From the NCBI GenBank assembly GCA_964448605.1, contig CAYUZV010000003.1:33377-97376 (forward strand): a stretch of DNA of 64,000 nucleotides, given 5' to 3'. The stretch comes from Candidatus Woesearchaeota archaeon (GTDB lineage Archaea > Nanobdellota > Nanobdellia > Pacearchaeales > GW2011-AR1). Position 1 is the stretch's first letter, and the number at the start of each line of letters is the position of its first letter. The position numbers and the translations under genes are program-made. The notes under the pieces are model-generated. The model saw only the letters and a list, made by a program, of their open reading frames with translations. It was not told the DNA's origin and did not search any database. Shown in pieces: positions 17,050-27,433 of this stretch.

Positions 17050-20000
17050 CTCCTGACCTGGATTTCTGTGGACCAGCTGTAAGGGATGCCTGTTATTTCA
17101 AATGAATTTATTTGGAAATCCTGTTCTGTGAATTTTACATCAAGTTTTCCATCTGAATCAAAGTCCATTAGTGTAAAAAGATTATAAACTGCTGTTTGAA
17201 TTGCATCATTTGTATCATAACTTATTTCTGCTTCTGTGTATGAGCATTTGTTTTCTCCTGTATAGTTTGAGGGTATTGTGATTGTTGTATTTGTTTCATC
17301 TTCAAAATCAAGTTTCCATTCGCATCCTTGTGCAAATGCTGAAATTGATGAGTATGAGTTTAATTCTTTTACAACTGTGTAAATTATTTTGTTTGATGGA
17401 GAGCCTGTTGTTGAGTTTTGCGGTGATAGTCCTGTTGTTAGGTATACTTCATTGCTTGAGTTTATATATTTATTTGGAGAGTTTATTGCATAAGGGTCTC
17501 CTAATTCTATGTAATCTGAATCGTATTCACTTAAATTGAAAATGTTTTGATTGTTTATTTTGACATTGTCTGTCCATCTTGAGCCAGAATAAGAGAGGAC
17601 TTTTGTTTCAATAATTGTTGAGTTTTCAGGCAGGGTGAATGTTCCGTGTGAACTGTCTGAAAAATCTTTTTCTGAAATCATGGTTATTCCATAAGGATTT
17701 GTTGATTCAGTGTAATTGAATTCTATATAAGAATCTGGGTATAGGATTGTTGTTATGTTTCCTGTACTTTGTATAGTTTGTTCTGAATATGCAGCTTCAA
17801 TAATTTCTTCTGCTAATTGTTGATATATTTCAACTAATTCATCTACATCTCCGAAATAATAACTCCCATTACCACAATCTGCTATTGCCCTCAGGGTGTC
17901 TTCATCTGCACTGGAACCAAATCCAACAGCATGAACAACAATTTCAAAATCATTATAGGCATCACAAGCAGCTTGTATTGCATCTTCAGTTGCAGAGCCA
18001 GTTCCTTGTTCTGAACATTCACCATTTGCCTGACCATCGCTCATAACAATCATAGATTTGTATTCATTTCCAAAATAAGTATTTAATTTAAAATCAAATC
18101 CAACTGATTCATTATCATTATTGATTAATTTAACTGCAATAGTATTATCTCCAATATTAAAACTCTCTGAGTTAATTGAAAATTCATAATTCCAATACTC
18201 TCCAACATTGTCAGAGGTAATATTATAAATGAGATTTTCATTGAGATAAATTTCAGCTTTATCATCAACATAAACATATGCTTTTGAACCTCCTGGAATT
18301 TCATTTAGGTTAAATTCATTTCTAAGATACCATTCACCTGAAGGAACTGATATTTCTGAAACATAAACAAAATCAGTTTTAAGAGAATTTTGTTTTTTTA
18401 ATTCTTTTTCATATTCTTTTAAAATTCTTTTATGAATAAATCCTGATTCTTTTAACATTTTATTAACTTCTTTTTCATTTAAATCAAAATCTTTTTTATA
18501 AGGTTCATAATAACCCCTAATATTTAGAAAAAATGAGTTGGTTTCAGGATTGTAATATTTTCCATTGTCAAATACTAATTCAACTTTTTCATTTGAACTT
18601 CCTTTTAGAGTAATTCTATTTTTATCGCTTTTGCTTAGTTTATTAAAAACATCCTTATTATTTTTAATAGCTTTTTTTAATTTAACTTTTTCAATATCAA
18701 AATTTGATTCAGAATAATCAATTTTAATAGAATCAATCAACATTGTTTTTGAGAGAGCACTTAATCTTATTTTGAGTTTATTCTCATTTAATAAACCTAT
18801 ATTTAGGGGCATGATTACTTTTGAAGCTTTCTCTCTTGGGAAATCTAAAAGAGTTCCTCCATATTTCCATTTTTTTCCATTCCAGTATTCTATTTTTAGA
18901 GAAAAATCCTCAAAGGTTCTTTCATAAAATCTTTTTTTATCAGGGTCTATATTATCATTTATTTTTTCTAAAATTCTTGCTCCAAACCAACTAATAAACT
19001 CATCTTCTTTATATTTGATTAATAATTTTGCATTTTTAACATTTTCAGGTTTTTCAAATGCTAATTCAACATTCCTTTTTCCTTCTTTAAAATCTGTATT
19101 CCAATAAATATCGTCTTCTTTTAATAAACTATTTACAGGTTCTTTATTTTCAAAAGCAGTTAAAGGTTCTTTTAAATTTTTTACACTTTCAAAACTATAA
19201 AAAAAATCAGCATTCATAAAATCGTAATTATCAGAAAGTTTATTATGCAAATATCTTAAATGGTAGAGATTTTTCATGGGAAGAAATTTATTAATTTTAT
19301 CATATAGATTCTTATGGTAGTTTAAAACAGGATAGATTTCAACATCTTCAGAATGAGAAATTCTTAAAAGTTCTACATTGTCAATATAACTATCTTCTTC
19401 TAATTCTTCTTTTATCAGTATTTTATATTTTGTTCTGTCTTGTTTTAAATTAGGTAATTTTGAGGGTTGTTTTCCTTCATATTCTTCAAATAAAGGATAA
19501 GAAGTTATTCCTTCACTATCAAAGACATAATCACTTCCATTCCATGAATATAGATAAGGGCAACTGCTTCCTATATAATGTTTATGAGCAACTAAAAAAG
19601 AAATTTGTTCAGATTCACTTATATAATTAGTTGTATTAAGAAGGTCTACAATAATATTATCGTCTTCAGAAGTTTCAAATTCTTTGGTGCTTTTAAAATC
19701 CCAGGTGTTATCGTTTACATTCCAAACGTAAATTGAAGTTCCATAACCTGTATTTGAAATTGTGTCATGACCTTCCCAATAGAATCTTAGTTTTTCAATA
19801 TCTGAAACTTCAAAAGTAAATATTTGAGATTCATAATAATCAGTTTCATTTGTACCTGTTGTTGTCCATCTGTTATCATCACTTAATTCTAATGAATTAT
19901 AATCTTCTGTTTCTGCATAACTGGTGCAATCAAGATTATTAGAAGGAAGGTCTGTGGTTCCTGTTTTTTCACAAGCCCATTGAATACTATTATATTCTGA

Positions 20001-21533
20001 ATAATTTTTCTTTTCTCCTTTTAAAATATAAGCGAAACCAGGCATTTTTTTATCTTCCCATGAAGAATCATCATAATCAATTTGATTCCATTCTGAATAA
20101 CTTTCATTAGTAACTTTCCAAGATTCTTCTATGGTAATTGCTTTAAAAATTTCAAGATAGTCAATTGCCTCATTTATACCGCAGCAAATACATGTTCCTC
20201 CACCATCTTCCCATTCATTAATTTTTGTTTTTAATGAACTTTCATCTCTTGAAAGATTGTGGCAATCGTCTGGGGAAACTGAACTTCTGTATCCAACTAA
20301 ACCTATTTTGCTGTTTGATTCATTTAAAATAACATCTATAAGAGCATTATTCGCTTCTTTTGCATTTGATAATTTGTCTCCTGACATGCTTCCTGAAAGG
20401 TCAGTAACTGAAACAATATCCATTTCTTTTGATTTATTAGTGATATAGGAGGCATTTTCCATTCCAAGTCTTAAAGGAATTGTTTTTTCTATAAAAAATG
20501 AAAAATTAATATCTTCATTCTCAACTATTGAAAGAAGTTCAGATTTATTAAAATAGATTGTTTCTTCTCCATTAGTTTTATTATTAAAAATAGTGATATT
20601 TGCAATCTTAAAAAAAACTGTTTGATCTGTGTCCATATGAAGTTTAATCCTCATATCATTCAATTCTCCCGGAATATAAAATCCATCATAAAGATTAATT
20701 AAACCTTCTATTCCTGGAAAGTAATATCTTGTTGGTTGTTCGTAGAAGCTGTAGTTGCTGAAGATTATTTTTGCATATCCTCCTGCTATGTAGAGGTTGT
20801 TTCCTGTTATTTTAATTGTGTTTTCACCTGAATGGAAATATTCTGTGTAAGCATCCAAGTCGTATTTTGCAGGTGTGAATGGAGATGAAGCATTTTCATA
20901 ATGTCCTGAATAAATGTCATTTATATAGACATCAAAATCCCGGTTTATTGCAAATTCAATTTCAAAATCATTAACTCCATTTGTGCTGTTTACATTTAAT
21001 GATATGTTTCCTTCTCCAACATATCCTCCGAAATAATAGTATTTTTTTGGCATGTTTGCTGACAAATATGCTTTTGAAGAGTATCCTGTTGTTGAGTTTC
21101 CTTCACTTATTCCAGATATTATTTGTCTGTTTATTTCTATTTTTTCTGCATCTTCTGATGGTGTTGAGTTTTTTGATGCAATGAGTTTTGTTCCATACCA
21201 TATTCCTATGTTTTCAGTTGTGTTTAATTCATTTAAAATAGATGTTCCTAATTCTCTTGCTATTGTCAAATTGGTTACATAAAATTCTCCGATTTGTTCT
21301 AAAATTGTGTTGTTGTAATTTGTTATTTTTCCTTGTGAGATTAGTTCACCTACATAAGTATTGTTTATTTCTGAAATTTTTAGAGAGGATAGTGTTGAGA
21401 TTATATCTCCTGGAAGGTTTGTTTCTTGTTCTGAATATTTTATTAGTGGAAAAATTACAATTAGTGCTAAAAGTATTACTGATATTGCTACTAAAGCATC
21501 TAAACTGAAAAATACTGCTTTTTTGGTTTTCAT
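17040..21533 (-). CDS. Large pilin-associated vWA-domain adhesin-like protein (1497 aa)
   Basis: MKTKKA/VFFSLDAL signal; vWA MIDAS DLSGSM, GGGTCICCGI, MIVMSDGQAN, VHAVGFG..EDTLRAIA; large insertion inside the vWA domain. Confidence 0.8.
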   Translation of the reverse strand: MKTKKAVFFSLDALVAISVILLALIVIFPLIKYSEQETNLPGDIISTLSSLKISEINNTYVGELISQGKITNYNNTILEQIGEFYVTNLTIARELGTSILNELNTTENIGIWYGTKLIASKNSTPSEDAEKIEINRQIISGISEGNSTTGYSSKAYLSANMPKKYYYFGGYVGEGNISLNVNSTNGVNDFEIEFAINRDFDVYINDIYSGHYENASSPFTPAKYDLDAYTEYFHSGENTIKITGNNLYIAGGYAKIIFSNYSFYEQPTRYYFPGIEGLINLYDGFYIPGELNDMRIKLHMDTDQTVFFKIANITIFNNKTNGEETIYFNKSELLSIVENEDINFSFFIEKTIPLRLGMENASYITNKSKEMDIVSVTDLSGSMSGDKLSNAKEANNALIDVILNESNSKIGLVGYRSSVSPDDCHNLSRDESSLKTKINEWEDGGGTCICCGINEAIDYLEIFKAITIEESWKVTNESYSEWNQIDYDDSSWEDKKMPGFAYILKGEKKNYSEYNSIQWACEKTGTTDLPSNNLDCTSYAETEDYNSLELSDDNRWTTTGTNETDYYESQIFTFEVSDIEKLRFYWEGHDTISNTGYGTSIYVWNVNDNTWDFKSTKEFETSEDDNIIVDLLNTTNYISESEQISFLVAHKHYIGSSCPYLYSWNGSDYVFDSEGITSYPLFEEYEGKQPSKLPNLKQDRTKYKILIKEELEEDSYIDNVELLRISHSEDVEIYPVLNYHKNLYDKINKFLPMKNLYHLRYLHNKLSDNYDFMNADFFYSFESVKNLKEPLTAFENKEPVNSLLKEDDIYWNTDFKEGKRNVELAFEKPENVKNAKLLIKYKEDEFISWFGARILEKINDNIDPDKKRFYERTFEDFSLKIEYWNGKKWKYGGTLLDFPREKASKVIMPLNIGLLNENKLKIRLSALSKTMLIDSIKIDYSESNFDIEKVKLKKAIKNNKDVFNKLSKSDKNRITLKGSSNEKVELVFDNGKYYNPETNSFFLNIRGYYEPYKKDFDLNEKEVNKMLKESGFIHKRILKEYEKELKKQNSLKTDFVYVSEISVPSGEWYLRNEFNLNEIPGGSKAYVYVDDKAEIYLNENLIYNITSDNVGEYWNYEFSINSESFNIGDNTIAVKLINNDNESVGFDFKLNTYFGNEYKSMIVMSDGQANGECSEQGTGSATEDAIQAACDAYNDFEIVVHAVGFGSSADEDTLRAIADCGNGSYYFGDVDELVEIYQQLAEEIIEAAYSEQTIQSTGNITTILYPDSYIEFNYTESTNPYGITMISEKDFSDSSHGTFTLPENSTIIETKVLSYSGSRWTDNVKINNQNIFNLSEYDSDYIELGDPYAINSPNKYINSSNEVYLTTGLSPQNSTTGSPSNKIIYTVVKELNSYSSISAFAQGCEWKLDFEDETNTTITIPSNYTGENKCSYTEAEISYDTNDAIQTAVYNLFTLMDFDSDGKLDVKFTEQDFQINSFEITGIPYSWSTEIQVRRWR

Positions 21534-21542
21534 TTTAAGGAT

Positions 21543-22046
21543 TTATGCTTCCTCCCAGACATAGAGGTATGCTGTTACAGGTTTATTTTGATAAATAGTG
21601 AAACGGGTTATTTTGATTAGATTTGTTGAATCTATGCTGTCTTTGGTTGTTCCAGGTTTTCCAATTCCTTCTTTTGTGCCTTCATTGATTGATAGAGGTT
21701 TTTCAAGAAATAAATAATATTCATAAGGTGTGTTGAAGATTTCTTTTGTTGTTTGATAGTTGGTTTGTGAGAGGTTGTAGAATTTTTCTAATTTTGTTTG
21801 ATTTATTTTTTCATTGCTTAGAATTCCTATTTTTATCACATTGGTTGTGTTCCAGTTTTCAGGATGTCCTTCTGAAAGTATTTCATTCATTATGATTTCT
21901 CCGTCGTAAGTCAATGAGCTGAAAATTTCTTCTGATTCTCCGGAATAATTTATTGAATAAATCATAAATACTACAATTCCAATTAGAAAAATTACAAGTC
22001 CTATTATAAGGTCCATTCCCCATGCCTGAGCTTTTGAATTGAACAT
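21543..22046 (-). CDS. Pilin-like protein, class III signal peptide
   Basis: NSKA/QAWGMDLIIGLVIFLIG. Confidence 0.7.
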   Translation of the reverse strand: MFNSKAQAWGMDLIIGLVIFLIGIVVFMIYSINYSGESEEIFSSLTYDGEIIMNEILSEGHPENWNTTNVIKIGILSNEKINQTKLEKFYNLSQTNYQTTKEIFNTPYEYYLFLEKPLSINEGTKEGIGKPGTTKDSIDSTNLIKITRFTIYQNKPVTAYLYVWEEA

Positions 22047-22047
22047 T

Positions 22048-22461
22048 TTATTCTGAGTTTAGATAAACTGTGCCTTGTTTTTTTTGAATTGTGTTTTCTC
22101 CGATTAGGGGCTGTCCTGTTGTGTTTTGGACTGGAAGTGCTGTTGCATATTTTTCATTATTTGTTTTTATGTAAATCATTCCTTCTGTTATTGTTGCTTG
22201 ATAGTTTTGACCATCAATGTTTTGGGGAATTGTAAATGTTCTTTGATATCCATTTGTTGATTGGGATGCTAAATTTATTTCATTTTGAATTGTTATTGCT
22301 ATTTCTTTTACTTGATTCATTCTTTCTTGTCTTGTTTTTTCAGACATTGATTCATTAATTCCAATTAAAAAAAGGATTAGAAAAAAAATAACAACTCCTG
22401 TTAGGATTACAAATTCAATAGCACTTTGGGATTTTGATGACATTTTAGTTAGCCATTTCAA
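22048..22461 (-). CDS. Pilin-like protein, class III signal peptide
   Basis: MSSKS/QSAIEFVILTGVVIFF (Q+1, E+5). Confidence 0.75.
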   Translation of the reverse strand: MKWLTKMSSKSQSAIEFVILTGVVIFFLILFLIGINESMSEKTRQERMNQVKEIAITIQNEINLASQSTNGYQRTFTIPQNIDGQNYQATITEGMIYIKTNNEKYATALPVQNTTGQPLIGENTIQKKQGTVYLNSE

Positions 22462-22864
22462 TTAAGGCATAGTTTTCTTGAGCTGTTATTTCTATTTTTT
22501 TTACACCTGAAACTGAATTTATTGTTCCTTGAATTGGGACCTTGCTTGAGAATCCTGATTTTTGAGTTCCTGTTGAGGTTCTGCTTGTAATGAATAAAGT
22601 GTTTTCTGAAATTTCAATTTCATCTACTCCGTCTGGAAGATAAACTGAAACTGTTGCTTTTGAAGGTGTGCCATAATAATAAACAGATTCTGCTGTTGAG
22701 ACAATTTTGTTTGCAAGGTTGTTTATTTGAGTTATTTTTATTTTGTCTTTGATTGTTCCACTATAAAATACTGCAATTCCGAGTGTTGTAATTAAAATAA
22801 ATGTTATAAATGAAACAATTATTATATATTCCACACTTATTTGAGATTTTTTGGATATATTCAT
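22445..22864 (-). CDS. Pilin-like protein, class III signal peptide
   Basis: MNISKKS/QISVEYIIIVSFITF (Q+1, E+5). Confidence 0.75.
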   Translation of the reverse strand: MNISKKSQISVEYIIIVSFITFILITTLGIAVFYSGTIKDKIKITQINNLANKIVSTAESVYYYGTPSKATVSVYLPDGVDEIEISENTLFITSRTSTGTQKSGFSSKVPIQGTINSVSGVKKIEITAQENYALIEMAN

Positions 22865-23019
22865 CTTCTTTTTTTATAATAATGAAAAGGGATTAATAAA
22901 GGTGTGGGTTTTAAGATTATTTTGACTCGCATCTGGCTTTGTTTAGGTGTTTGTTTTTATGTAGTTTTGAAATGTTATTTTTTGAAAAGATTTATAAGTT
23001 TTTATTGCTTTTATTTATA

Positions 23020-23124
23020 ATGGGAAAAAAAGATAGGAGAAGGATTTTGGATTATATTTCTATTGCTGTAGGAGTTGTAGCAATAACTATTTTGATTGTA
23101 GCAATAATAAAATCCATGGTGTAA
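23020..23124 (+). CDS. Small single-TM protein (34 aa)
   Basis: MGKKDRRRILDYISIAVGVVAITILIVAIIKSMV after a TATA-like TTTATAAG. Confidence 0.45.
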   Translation: MGKKDRRRILDYISIAVGVVAITILIVAIIKSMV

Positions 23125-23336
23125 GATGGATGAAAAATTGTATGACTGGTTTATTATTATGATAAATTATTTGATTTATATTTATGTTTTTATCAAAACG
23201 TTGGGGACTACTTGTTTTAAAACTGCTGATTTGAGTATAGCTTTAGTTGGATTAGTTGCTTCTGTTTGGTTGTTGATTGTTAGAGCATTTAGATAATTGT
23301 GAAAAGATTTATAAGTATTGTTTTGTTATGTTGGTT

Positions 23337-23897
23337 ATGGAAAAAAGAGGAGCATTGGAAATGTCTATTGGGACTATTGTTATTTTGGTTATAGCTATAA
23401 TTATGTTGATTTTTGGGATTGTTTTTGTGAGGAGCATTATGTGCACTGGAATTCAGGTTACAGAGGATTTGGGAGAGGGTGTTAAGAATGAAGTTAAAGG
23501 GCTTTTTAATGCAGGGCAATTTGGTGTGAAGTGTGTTGGTGAAGGGAGTCAGGAGATTAAGATTGGAAGTGGTGGAAGAAGGAAAATTATTTGCATAGTT
23601 AAAACAGAAGAAGAAACTGAATATGATTTGAATGTGAGGAATGTTGAAAGTGTGAAGGGTGCGAGTGGAAGTGTTTTGGATAGATGGATTCTTGATGAGG
23701 GATGGTCTGGAATTGTAAGTCCTGGGGGGGAGGGGACAGAGGCGACTGTTCTTTTATTGGATATTCCAAAAGATGCTCCAACAACAACTCTGAAAATAAC
23801 AATTGATGCTGTGAATGGATTAACTGGAACTACAAGAACTCATGTTTCATATATTGATGTTGTTCCTGCTGGTTTTTTTAGGACTGCTATGTGTTAG
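23337..23897 (+). CDS. Pilin-like protein, class III signal peptide
   Basis: MEKRG/ALEMSIGTIVILVIAIIMLIFG; ATG at 23337. Confidence 0.75.
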   Translation: MEKRGALEMSIGTIVILVIAIIMLIFGIVFVRSIMCTGIQVTEDLGEGVKNEVKGLFNAGQFGVKCVGEGSQEIKIGSGGRRKIICIVKTEEETEYDLNVRNVESVKGASGSVLDRWILDEGWSGIVSPGGEGTEATVLLLDIPKDAPTTTLKITIDAVNGLTGTTRTHVSYIDVVPAGFFRTAMC

Positions 23898-23939
23898 TGG
23901 TTTTGGGAGATTTATATTTTAGAGGATATTAGGAGTAGG

Positions 23940-24330
23940 AGGACACATGCATTTTTCATCCTTAAATAAATAGTTCCTGAACTAAAAGGTGCTATGAAAA
24001 AAACATCTCTTCAGAAAAGAGTTTTTGAAATTAAGATTCTCTGGTAAATCCTGCAAAGAATGTCAAGAAGAGTTTTTAGAAAGATATGAAATATCTTATT
24101 CTATAAGAACTCTAAAAAGATGGATAAGAGAATTAATAAAGAAGATGGGAATTTCAAAGATATTTTTACTAAACTGAAGATATTTCAATTTAAAAGACAC
24201 AAGAAATATTATGAATTATAACAGGTGACAAGATTCACTATCTTACACCTATTATAGAGGATATGAATGTTTATAAATCCCTCAGATTTAGTGGGTTATG
24301 GAATTTGAAGAGAGTGTTAGGTTAGTTGAT
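23940..24330 (+). pseudogene. Degenerate ORF remnant, possibly a transposase N-terminal HTH
   Basis: Fragments KEFLKLRFSGKSCKECQEEFLERYEISYSIRTLKRW broken by stops and frameshifts. Confidence 0.3.
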
Positions 24331-24681
24331 TTAGTATAGGTGAAGCATATTGAAAATTAGTTATTGATAATTATACTCCTTTATTTGAACCTATTGAAAA
24401 ATAGGCTGTTAAGCATATGAGGGAAAGAGATATTTCTAGAATTCAATTAGGTCTTAAACATTCAGGTCTTTATTTTGAAAATGATGGGAATTTTTATCAT
24501 GAAAGAATGAGAGGGTTCCAATTAGTGATTTGCCTCAAATTTATCAAGAGGAATCAAGATATATTGTAGGATGTGCAGATTGTAGAACTGATGGAGATAT
24601 TTCTGTTCAAACAGCTATGAGAAATGCTTTATTTGATTTTAGGAAGAGTGTTAAGAAATCTCTTGCAGATGTTGTTTAGAT

Positions 24682-25017
24682 TTATTGATTATCTCTGATA
24701 AATTTTTCAACTGAATCTGGGTGATATGTAAAAACTAAGATTTCTGAATCGACTTCTTCATAATCTGTTCCTGAGTGGGGTGCAGTTATAAGAGCAACTT
24801 TAGTGTTTGGATATTGTTTAATTATTTTTTGTACATTATATTGTTCTCTGACTTCTGGATGGTATAATAAAATGGGATAATCTTCTAAGTTAAATCTATT
24901 TTGGAATCTTTCTAAGGAGGTATCGGTATCTAAATGTATTCCTCTTTTTCTTAACTCTAGTGCAAAGAATGTGTTTATTTCAAGACATCTATCTATCCAA
25001 GCACATTTTGGTTTCAT
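24682..25017 (-). CDS. Hypothetical protein
   Basis: 111-aa ORF with alpha/beta character; no recognised motif. Confidence 0.5.
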   Translation of the reverse strand: MKPKCAWIDRCLEINTFFALELRKRGIHLDTDTSLERFQNRFNLEDYPILLYHPEVREQYNVQKIIKQYPNTKVALITAPHSGTDYEEVDSEILVFTYHPDSVEKFIRDNQ

Positions 25018-25048
25018 GTAAGAATAAATTTGCCTATGTTTATAAGCT

Positions 25049-26290
25049 TTATTCTTCTAGTCTTACCCAATTTATCCGCATTTCTTTAATTGTTTTGGAT
25101 TTATTTTTTAGAAATTTATTAAACCATTTCTGAAATGTTAAATTATGATTTATTTTTGTGTGGATGTGATTTTCTTTTGGAAATGTTTTTTTATGGATTT
25201 TTTTAAATTTTTTTAAATTTTCTTTGTCTGTTAGTGGAGGTCCTTTTTTTAATTCATCGAATTTTTTTTCAGGGCAAATGTAGAAGTTTGCGAAGTTTTC
25301 TTTTTCATTATAATAGAATTCTGATTTTTTTAAAGTGAATTCTTTTTTTAGGTTGTATAAGAAGAAGTGATAAAATTTTTTTAGTTTTGAACCTGCTATG
25401 TTTCCTTTTTGTGATTTTGTTGTTACTTTTATTTTAAATGGATAGTTTTTGCATTTGTCTTTTATGTCTTTTTTTTCAAAGAATTTTTCTGAAGGATTTT
25501 TTAGAAATTTTTTGCAGGATGTTTTAAATTTTTTAAATGTTTCATAGTTTAGTCCAGATGTTGCATTTCTTTCTTTAAAGGTAGGGTCAATTAATAGGAT
25601 TGGGCTGTCTTGTTTTGATTTATTTAATTTTTCAAGTAGTTCTTTTTTTGATTTGTAGAATTTTGAATCATCTATTATTATTTTTTCTTTTTCAGGAGAT
25701 TTTGCCAAACTTTTTATGAAATTTAGGAATGTTTTATAGTGAGTTATTAAAAGTTCCAGAGAATATCCTGAAAATCCGTGGATGTAGCTTTCAGCTCCAT
25801 AGCAGTTTTGTGCATGTGTGAATGATTTTGCTAGCATGATTTGTTCAGGGAGATTCGGGTTTTGTTTTATTTTTTGATTTATATAATTGACATGAAAATA
25901 ACTTAAGTCTGTTACATTTTCTGCTTGTTCTGGTTTTGATATTTTTAAAACAGGAATTATTTCAATGAGTATCTTTTCTTTTTCTATTTGAATATAATCT
26001 CTTGAGCCGTGGATTTTTTTGTAGTCTTTATTTATTTTTTTTATTATGTTTTCTAATTGGTGTATGTTTTTACTTTCCTTAAATCTTACAAAAATATCTA
26101 TGTCGTATTTTTCTTTTTTTATCAATGTTTTTTTTGCAAGACTTCCACCAACAAATATTTCTGCATCTATGTTTTTTCTTAGCAGATTTGTAAACTCTTT
26201 TGAAATTGACTTTATTTTTTTAATTTCTGTTTCAGAAGGCTTTATTTTATTAATTTGTTTTTTTAAAATTTCATTTATGTTTTTTTCCAT
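25049..26290 (-). CDS. cca: Archaeal CCA-adding enzyme
   Basis: VGGSLAKKT..YDIDIFVRF, HGSRDY, IEIIP, CYGAESYIHGFSGYSLELL, LIDPT..RNA. Confidence 0.9.
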   Translation of the reverse strand: MEKNINEILKKQINKIKPSETEIKKIKSISKEFTNLLRKNIDAEIFVGGSLAKKTLIKKEKYDIDIFVRFKESKNIHQLENIIKKINKDYKKIHGSRDYIQIEKEKILIEIIPVLKISKPEQAENVTDLSYFHVNYINQKIKQNPNLPEQIMLAKSFTHAQNCYGAESYIHGFSGYSLELLITHYKTFLNFIKSLAKSPEKEKIIIDDSKFYKSKKELLEKLNKSKQDSPILLIDPTFKERNATSGLNYETFKKFKTSCKKFLKNPSEKFFEKKDIKDKCKNYPFKIKVTTKSQKGNIAGSKLKKFYHFFLYNLKKEFTLKKSEFYYNEKENFANFYICPEKKFDELKKGPPLTDKENLKKFKKIHKKTFPKENHIHTKINHNLTFQKWFNKFLKNKSKTIKEMRINWVRLEE

Positions 26291-27398
26291 TAGTAAAGAA
26301 TGCTTTTAGTTTTTTTAATGTTTTTGTTTTTTTATGATTTTTTTTGAGATGAAATTTTGGTAATTTAGTTTTGGTAAATTTCTTTTTTGATTTTTTTGAG
26401 GATTTTCTTTTTTTATTCGGTTTGATTAATCTATAAATAAGGTAAAGAATTATTAGAAAAAGAATGGTTATTAGGGTTATTGCAAGTGCGATTAACATTT
26501 GTTTTTTTGTAGTTTCTTTTTTAGGTTCTGGTGAAAGTGTTTGATTTGTTTCATTGTTTTTTGGTTCAGTTGATTCTGTTTTTATTGTTTTTTCTTTAGG
26601 TTTTTCTTCTTTAGGTTTTTCATTACATTTTCCATTTTCACATATTTGGTTTTCTTCACAGATTCCACAACTTCCACCACATCCATCATCACCACATTCT
26701 GAATAAAGACAGTTTGGAACACAATCTGGAACACAAACATTTTCAATGCAAGATTCGTCATTCTCACATTCTCCGCAACTTCTTCCACAATCATTTGTTC
26801 CACAATCCTTGCCTTCACAACTATCATCGCAATAAGTTTCTCCTACGAGGATTGGGTCATCAATTAGATAATTGTCTTCTTCAACTTTTAAGGTGTAAAT
26901 TTCAGTTGTTTCTGTTATTTCTATTATTTCTGTTACTTCTTTTATTGAAGTTCCGGTGTCGATTTCATCTCCTATTTTTAATCTTGGATATCCTCCTGAT
27001 TTTTTCCATCCATTGTTTGTGTAAAAGTAAATATTTGGAGTTGTTGTTATATCATTTCCTTCACTGAATTTTATTTTTATTAGTTCATCTGCATAGCAGG
27101 AAGTTATTTCTGTTATTTGAGTTGGTGTATTTTCATCTTCTGCGAAATTATAACCCATAACTTCATTATCAATTTGCAGTTCTTCAATGTTTTTGTAAGA
27201 TTCATCTGCCATGTAAATTCGTGTTGTTTCTACAAATCCTATTTGATTTGATTCGCATTCTTCGCCATATCCATATCCTTCTACATCAGGACTTAAAAGC
27301 AGATTTTTATTTAAATTTGGAAGAAACCAGATTAATGTTATTACTGATAAAATTGCTATCAATGATATTAATAATTTTATTTCCTCTTTTTTTTCCAT
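26271..27398 (-). CDS. Membrane-anchored protein with a degenerate Hint domain and Cys-rich repeats
   Basis: N- and C-terminal TM helices; GFVETTRIYMAD..KNIEEL, ITTTPN, EIYTLKV..ILVG (about 26841-27239); CGxxxCGxSCGxC repeats. Confidence 0.7.
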   Translation of the reverse strand: MEKKEEIKLLISLIAILSVITLIWFLPNLNKNLLLSPDVEGYGYGEECESNQIGFVETTRIYMADESYKNIEELQIDNEVMGYNFAEDENTPTQITEITSCYADELIKIKFSEGNDITTTPNIYFYTNNGWKKSGGYPRLKIGDEIDTGTSIKEVTEIIEITETTEIYTLKVEEDNYLIDDPILVGETYCDDSCEGKDCGTNDCGRSCGECENDESCIENVCVPDCVPNCLYSECGDDGCGGSCGICEENQICENGKCNEKPKEEKPKEKTIKTESTEPKNNETNQTLSPEPKKETTKKQMLIALAITLITILFLIILYLIYRLIKPNKKRKSSKKSKKKFTKTKLPKFHLKKNHKKTKTLKKLKAFFTNGKKHK

Positions 27399-27433
27399 AA
27401 TAGAATATAGTAAATATATTTATTAAGGTTTCG

